Positions 59,332 to 64,000 of a DNA stretch of 64,000 nucleotides are shown piece by piece; position 1 is the first letter of the stretch; each line of letters begins with the position of its first letter. Source of the DNA: an uncultured Chloroflexia bacterium (GTDB taxonomy: Bacteria; Chloroflexota; Limnocylindria; Limnocylindrales; CSP1-4). Location of the stretch: positions 640,001 to 704,000 of the forward strand of contig CAVRGP010000011.1 in assembly GCA_963720755.1 (NCBI GenBank). Direction: 5' to 3'. The position numbers and the translations under genes were made by a program. The notes beneath the pieces are model-generated. The model searched no databases and was not told the DNA's origin. It saw only the letters and a list, made by a program, of their open reading frames with translations.

Positions 59332-59655
59332 ATGGACCACAGCATCGCGGCCAGATACGCGGCCCGCCCGGCGGCCAGATTCGTCCGCCCCTCCGCCCGC
59401 GTCAAGGAGCGTCGGCTGGGGTTGCGACCGGTCGGCACATTCCGGGCCCTGGACCGGAGATCGACGGTCCTGTATGCATCTGATGCGGCCCCGTTGGTGC
59501 GCCTGCGCGCCAGTTGGCGAGCCATCCATCCGGCCGTGCCGAAGCGGGCACTGGACGGGCGGCCGCGCCCGCAGGTGATCATGGTCTGGACGAGGTCCGG
59601 GCGTGCGGGAACGGTCCGTCGTCCCGGCGCGACCTCGGCGCTGTGGCCGGTCTGA
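59332..59655 (+). CDS. Arg-rich hypothetical protein (107 aa)
   Basis: Fills the gap between the DUF2520 and NUDIX genes on the operon strand; TACCAT upstream. Confidence 0.5.
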   Translation: MDHSIAARYAARPAARFVRPSARVKERRLGLRPVGTFRALDRRSTVLYASDAAPLVRLRASWRAIHPAVPKRALDGRPRPQVIMVWTRSGRAGTVRRPGATSALWPV

Positions 59656-60089
59656 GGGACTCGACGGCCACTTCCGCCGGCGGGATCGTCGTTCGATACG
59701 AGGCGAGCGAACCGTGGCTGGTCGTCGGGAGTCGTCGTCGCGAGCGCGACGGCCGGACCTGGACATTACCCAAGGGAACGCCCGATGCGGGTGAGACCCT
59801 CGAGGAGACCGCCCTCCGCGAAGTCCGCGAGGAGACCGGTCTTGAAGTCCGGATCACCGGGCCGCTCGACTCGATCGAATACACCTTCAGTCAGTCGGGG
59901 ACGCGCATCCACAAGACCGTCCACTATTTCATGATGGAGCCGGTCGGTGGGGACCTGTCCGGCCACGATCACGAGTTCGACGAGGTTCGCTGGATCCGTT
60001 TCGAGGAGGCGCCGGCGATGCTGACGTTCGAAACGGAACGGACGCTCGTGGGCCAGGCGGCCCGACGCCTCGTCGAGGTGGGCAGATGA
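59643..60089 (+). CDS. NUDIX hydrolase
   Basis: SAGGIV, LPKG..DAGE...ETALREVREETG Nudix box. Confidence 0.92.
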   Translation: MAGLRDSTATSAGGIVVRYEASEPWLVVGSRRRERDGRTWTLPKGTPDAGETLEETALREVREETGLEVRITGPLDSIEYTFSQSGTRIHKTVHYFMMEPVGGDLSGHDHEFDEVRWIRFEEAPAMLTFETERTLVGQAARRLVEVGR

Positions 60090-61201
60090 CCGATGCCCAC
60101 GAGGCGGCTGTCCACCTGACACCGTTGACCGAGGTGCACCGCGCACTGGGCGCTCGACTGATCGAATTCGGCGGGTGGCTGATGCCCGTCCAGTACGGTT
60201 CGATCATCGAGGAGCATCGGGCGGTACGTGAGCGGGTCGGGCTGTTCGACCTCTCTCACATGGGCGAGCTCTATGTCGAAGGCGGTCAGGCCGGCGAGGC
60301 CCTGGCGGCGGCGCTCGTGTCCGATCCGCCGAGCCTTGGACCGGGCCGCGCCCAGTACTCGATGATCTGCCAATCCGATGGCGGGATCATGGACGATCTC
60401 ATCGTGTACCGCCTGGACCAGGAGCGGTTTCTCGTCGTCGCCAACGCCGGGAATGCCGGCCCGATCTCGGACGCCCTGGCCGAGCGCTTGGTCGGCTTTC
60501 GGGCGGTGCTCGACGATCGGTCATTGGCGACCGGGCTCCTGGCGATCCAGGGTCCGGCTTCGCGGGCGGTCCTGGAGCCACTGACCGATGTCGACCTCGG
60601 TTCGCTGCGCTACTACGCAGCCGCCGAAGGGAAGGTCGCCGGACTCTCGGCACTCGTTGCCAGGACCGGTTACACGGGCGAGGACGGGTTCGAGATCTTC
60701 GTCGACTCGAACGACACGGTCGATCTTTGGCACGAGTTGATGGAGGCCGTCGGCCAGCACGGCGGCCAGCCCATCGGCCTCGGTGCTCGCGACACCCTCC
60801 GCCTCGAGGCGGGCATGCCGCTGTACGGCAACGAACTCGACCTCAAGACGAACCCATACGAGGCAGGCCTCGGTCGGGTCGTCAAACTCGACAAGGCGGC
60901 GGAGTTCGTCGGCCGGGCCGCCCTGAAGCAGGTCGCCGATGCCGGGCCGGCGCGCAAGCTCGTCGGCTTGATCATGGAAGGACGCGGGATCGCTCGGCAT
61001 GGCTATCCTGTCTGGTCGGGCGTGCGCCAGACCGGGCGGATCACGAGCGGGACCCAGTCGCCGACCCTCGATCGAGCCATCGCGATGGCCTACGTCGCAC
61101 CGGGTGACGCCGAGCCGGGTACCGTAGTCGAGGTCGAGATCCGCGACAGTCGCGTCCCGGCCAGGGTCGTTCCGCTGCCGTTCTATAGGAGGTCTGACTG
61201 A
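60086..61201 (+). CDS. gcvT: Glycine cleavage system T protein
   Basis: FGGWLMPVQY, FDLSHMG, RTGYTGEDGFE and GLGARDTLRLEAG. Confidence 0.97.
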   Translation: MTDAHEAAVHLTPLTEVHRALGARLIEFGGWLMPVQYGSIIEEHRAVRERVGLFDLSHMGELYVEGGQAGEALAAALVSDPPSLGPGRAQYSMICQSDGGIMDDLIVYRLDQERFLVVANAGNAGPISDALAERLVGFRAVLDDRSLATGLLAIQGPASRAVLEPLTDVDLGSLRYYAAAEGKVAGLSALVARTGYTGEDGFEIFVDSNDTVDLWHELMEAVGQHGGQPIGLGARDTLRLEAGMPLYGNELDLKTNPYEAGLGRVVKLDKAAEFVGRAALKQVADAGPARKLVGLIMEGRGIARHGYPVWSGVRQTGRITSGTQSPTLDRAIAMAYVAPGDAEPGTVVEVEIRDSRVPARVVPLPFYRRSD

Positions 61202-61205
61202 TCCG

Positions 61206-61586
61206 ATGGTGCCGACCGATCTCCGGTATACGACCGATCACGAATGGGTTCGGGTCGACGGCGACCTGGCGACGATCGGGATCACCGCCTACGCGGCCGA
61301 ACAGCTGGGCGACATCGTCTTCGTCGAATTGCCCGACGCCGGTCGGTCGTTCGATGCGGCCGCGACGTTCGGCGTCGTCGAGTCGGTCAAGGCGGTGAGC
61401 GATCTGTTCGCGCCGGTGGGCGGCACGGTCACCGAGGCGAATGCCGGACTCGCCGCCAGTCCAGAGCTGGTGAACAGTGACCCGTACGGATCCGGCTGGA
61501 TGATCCGCCTGACGCTCAGCGAGCCGACCGAGCTGGATGGGCTGCTGGATGCCGCGGCCTACGACGCGCTCATCGCGGCAGGCTGA
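61206..61586 (+). CDS. gcvH: Glycine cleavage system H protein
   Basis: HEWV, ESVKAVSD (lipoyl Lys) and NSDPYGSGW. Confidence 0.97.
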   Translation: MVPTDLRYTTDHEWVRVDGDLATIGITAYAAEQLGDIVFVELPDAGRSFDAAATFGVVESVKAVSDLFAPVGGTVTEANAGLAASPELVNSDPYGSGWMIRLTLSEPTELDGLLDAAAYDALIAAG

Positions 61587-61597
61587 CACCGACCTCG

Positions 61598-62983
61598 ATG
61601 CCCTACGGCCCACACACCTCGGCCGACCGCGCCCGGATGCTGGACGCTCTCGGGATCGATTCGGTCGATCGGCTGTTCGAGGATATCCCGGTCGAGCTCC
61701 GGGCCTCGGCCATCGATCTGCCGGGACCCGAGCCCGAGCTCGAACTCGCTGCGAGACTGACCGGCCTGGCGGCTCGCAATCGGACCGATCTCGCCTCGTT
61801 CCTGGGGGCCGGCGTCTACCGTCACTGGAGCCCGCCGGTCGTCGACCAACTGCTGCTTCGGGGTGAGTGGTACACGGCCTACACGCCCTATCAACCTGAG
61901 GTCAGCCAGGGCACCCTGCAGAGCATCTACGAATACGAATCGCTCCTGGCGGAACTGGTCGACCTCGACGTCGTCTCGGCATCCCACTACGACGGGGCGG
62001 CAGCGACCGCAGAAGCGGCACTGATGACCTGTCGGGCGACGAAGCGGGAGCGGGTCCTCATCTCGCGGGGCGTTCACCCTCACTACCGTCAGACCACCCA
62101 GACCTACTTCGAAGGTGGCCTCGACCTCGAAGAGGTCCCGCTCGTCACCGACGGTCCGGAGGCAGGGACGACCGACCTCGTCGCCCTCGAGCGGATGCTC
62201 GCGGATCCCGATCGGCCGGTCGCCGGGGTCATCGCCGCCCAGCCCAACTTTCTCGGCCTCCTGGAGCCCATGGCCGAGATCGGTGCCCTGGCCCATGCGG
62301 CCACTGCGCTGTTCGTCTCCGTCATCGAGCCGGTCAGTCTCGGGGTCCTGGCCCCACCGGGCTCGTACGGGGCCGATATCGCCGCCGGCGAGGGCCAGCC
62401 ACTCGGGATCGCGCCGCAGTACGGCGGACCGTATCTCGGGATCCTGGCCTCCACGGATGCGCTGGTCCGTCAGATCCCTGGCCGGCTCGTCGGGATGACC
62501 ACCGACCTCGAGGGGCGGCGCGCCTTCGTCATGACGATGCGAGCCCGCGAGCAGGACATCCGACGCGACAAGGCCGCCAGCAATATCTGCACGAACCAGG
62601 CCCTTCTGGCCCTGGCAGCATCCATCTACCTCGCGACGATCGGTCCTCGTGGGTTACGCGATGTCGCGACCCTCGGTGCCGCCCGCGCGGCCGAACTGGA
62701 ATCGGCCCTGGCGGCCGTCGGCGTCGAGCGTCTGCACCGCGGTGCCTATCTGAACGAGTTCGTCATCCGCGTGCCCGATGCCGGGACGGTCCACCGTCGC
62801 CTGCTCGATGCCGGGATCCTCGCCGGCCTCGTCCTGTCCGACGCCGAGCCGGACGATCCGAGCCTGGCCGACGGTCTCCTGGTCTGTGCGACGGAGGTCA
62901 CCACCTCCGCAGAGATCGCCCAATTCACCGGCGCCCTGGCCGGCCTTCTCGACCATGCCGAGATCCCCGTGACCGCCCGATGA
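61598..62983 (+). CDS. gcvPA: Glycine dehydrogenase subunit 1
   Basis: FLGAG, TAYTPYQPEVSQG, GGPYLG and REQDIRRDKAASNICTNQ. Confidence 0.96.
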   Translation: MPYGPHTSADRARMLDALGIDSVDRLFEDIPVELRASAIDLPGPEPELELAARLTGLAARNRTDLASFLGAGVYRHWSPPVVDQLLLRGEWYTAYTPYQPEVSQGTLQSIYEYESLLAELVDLDVVSASHYDGAAATAEAALMTCRATKRERVLISRGVHPHYRQTTQTYFEGGLDLEEVPLVTDGPEAGTTDLVALERMLADPDRPVAGVIAAQPNFLGLLEPMAEIGALAHAATALFVSVIEPVSLGVLAPPGSYGADIAAGEGQPLGIAPQYGGPYLGILASTDALVRQIPGRLVGMTTDLEGRRAFVMTMRAREQDIRRDKAASNICTNQALLALAASIYLATIGPRGLRDVATLGAARAAELESALAAVGVERLHRGAYLNEFVIRVPDAGTVHRRLLDAGILAGLVLSDAEPDDPSLADGLLVCATEVTTSAEIAQFTGALAGLLDHAEIPVTAR

Positions 62984-64000
62984 CGGTCGTCGGCGATCGG
63001 CTGCAACCGACCCTGTTCGAGCGAAGTCGGCCCGGGCGCGGTGGCGGCAAGTTCCCCGAGCCGCCGAAGGGTGCCCTCGATCGCATCCCGGCGGAGGCCC
63101 GGCGGACCGTCGCACCGAGGCTGCCCGAGTTGAACGAACTCGAGGTCGTCCGTCACTACGTCAACCTGTCGCAGCTCAATTACTCGATCGACACCGGCTT
63201 CTATCCGCTCGGCTCCTGCACGATGAAGTTCAACCCGAAACTCAACGAATGGGCGGCGCGACTGACGGGCTTCGCTCAGCTCCATCCGATGGCGCCGGAC
63301 GTGACCGCCCAGGGGACCCTGGAGCTGCTGTGGGAGCTCGAGCAGGCCCTGGCCACGATCTCCGGGATGCGCGCCGTGACCCTCCAGCCCGCCGCGGGGG
63401 CGCAGGGGGAGCTGACCGGGATCCTGATGATCCGGGCCCACCACCGGGCCACCGGGCAGGCGGATCGCGACGAAGTCCTGGTGCCCGATTCGAGCCACGG
63501 GACCAACCCGGCAACGGCGACGATGGCCGGCTACCGGACGATCACCGTGCCATCGGCGGAAGATGGCGGCGTCGACATCGACGCGTTCAAGGCCGCCCTG
63601 GGTCCCCGCACCGCCGCGGTGATGATCACCAACCCGTCGACACTCGGTCTGTTCGAGGCGCGGATCGGCGAACTCCTCGAGGCGGTCCATGCGGCCGGCG
63701 CACTCGCCTACATGGATGGCGCAAACCTCAACGCGATCATGGGCCGGTTCAAGCCGGGTGAAGCCGGCTTCGACGTCATGCATTTCAACGTCCACAAGAC
63801 CTTCTCGACCCCGCATGGCGGCGGCGGCCCGGGGGCGGGTCCGGTCGGCGTCGGGGCAACGCTCGAGCCGTACCTGCCGACACCACGGGTCCTTCGGGAC
63901 GCGGACGGCTCCTTCCGCCTCGAGCGGCGGGATGAGCGCCCGACCTCGATCGGCCGGATGCGCAGCTTCGTCGGCAATACCGGGGTCCTGGTGCGGGCGT
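62980..64000 (+). CDS. gcvPB: Glycine dehydrogenase subunit 2 (partial; runs off window)
   Basis: Manual translation from ATG 62980 gives YPLGSCTMKFNP, QPAAGAQGE, SHGTNPATA, MDGANLN and HFNVHKTFSTPHGGGGPG. Confidence 0.95.
   Translation, partial: MTVVGDRLQPTLFERSRPGRGGGKFPEPPKGALDRIPAEARRTVAPRLPELNELEVVRHYVNLSQLNYSIDTGFYPLGSCTMKFNPKLNEWAARLTGFAQLHPMAPDVTAQGTLELLWELEQALATISGMRAVTLQPAAGAQGELTGILMIRAHHRATGQADRDEVLVPDSSHGTNPATATMAGYRTITVPSAEDGGVDIDAFKAALGPRTAAVMITNPSTLGLFEARIGELLEAVHAAGALAYMDGANLNAIMGRFKPGEAGFDVMHFNVHKTFSTPHGGGGPGAGPVGVGATLEPYLPTPRVLRDADGSFRLERRDERPTSIGRMRSFVGNTGVLVRA

Noticed and set aside
59325-60085. Glycine riboswitch upstream of gcvT
   Set aside because: The region is coding (NUDIX coupled to gcvT) and no aptamer consensus was seen.

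Overview
A high-GC bacterial core-genome window with no mobile element, CRISPR array or rRNA. Gene content and order suggest a Chloroflexota (Limnocylindria-like) chromosome; this is an inference. From left to right it holds: a xylose cluster (Gfo/Idh/MocA, SDR, ROK repressor, xylFHG, xylB, xylA); a PspC/LiaF-like pair; a HAD/UbiA operon; parAB; an acyl-CoA carboxylase, methylmalonyl-CoA mutase and epimerase block; sucCD; icd with a mycobacterial Sdh1-type complex II; RNase HI and RNase P RNA; a LysM protein; the dcw cluster (mraZ to ftsZ, yggS, yggT, DUF167); tRNA-Val(CAC); a few accessory genes; acnA; and gcvT-H-PA-PB. The top finding is a candidate non-canonical chromosome-partition system. 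A 16-bp palindrome, GTCYTTGCGCAAAGAC, occurs three times within 3.1 kb around parAB: inside parB, at the predicted start site of the carboxylase operon, and between its first two genes. I did not see it elsewhere in the window. ParB also carries altered DNA-recognition residues, and a DnaA-box cluster lies just upstream of parA. Other findings include a 21-bp ROK operator, many leaderless -10 elements (two of them back-to-back), an unknown small gene inside dcw, atypical MurD motifs, a 6C-like small-RNA candidate and MocR direct repeats. All pattern searches were done by eye.
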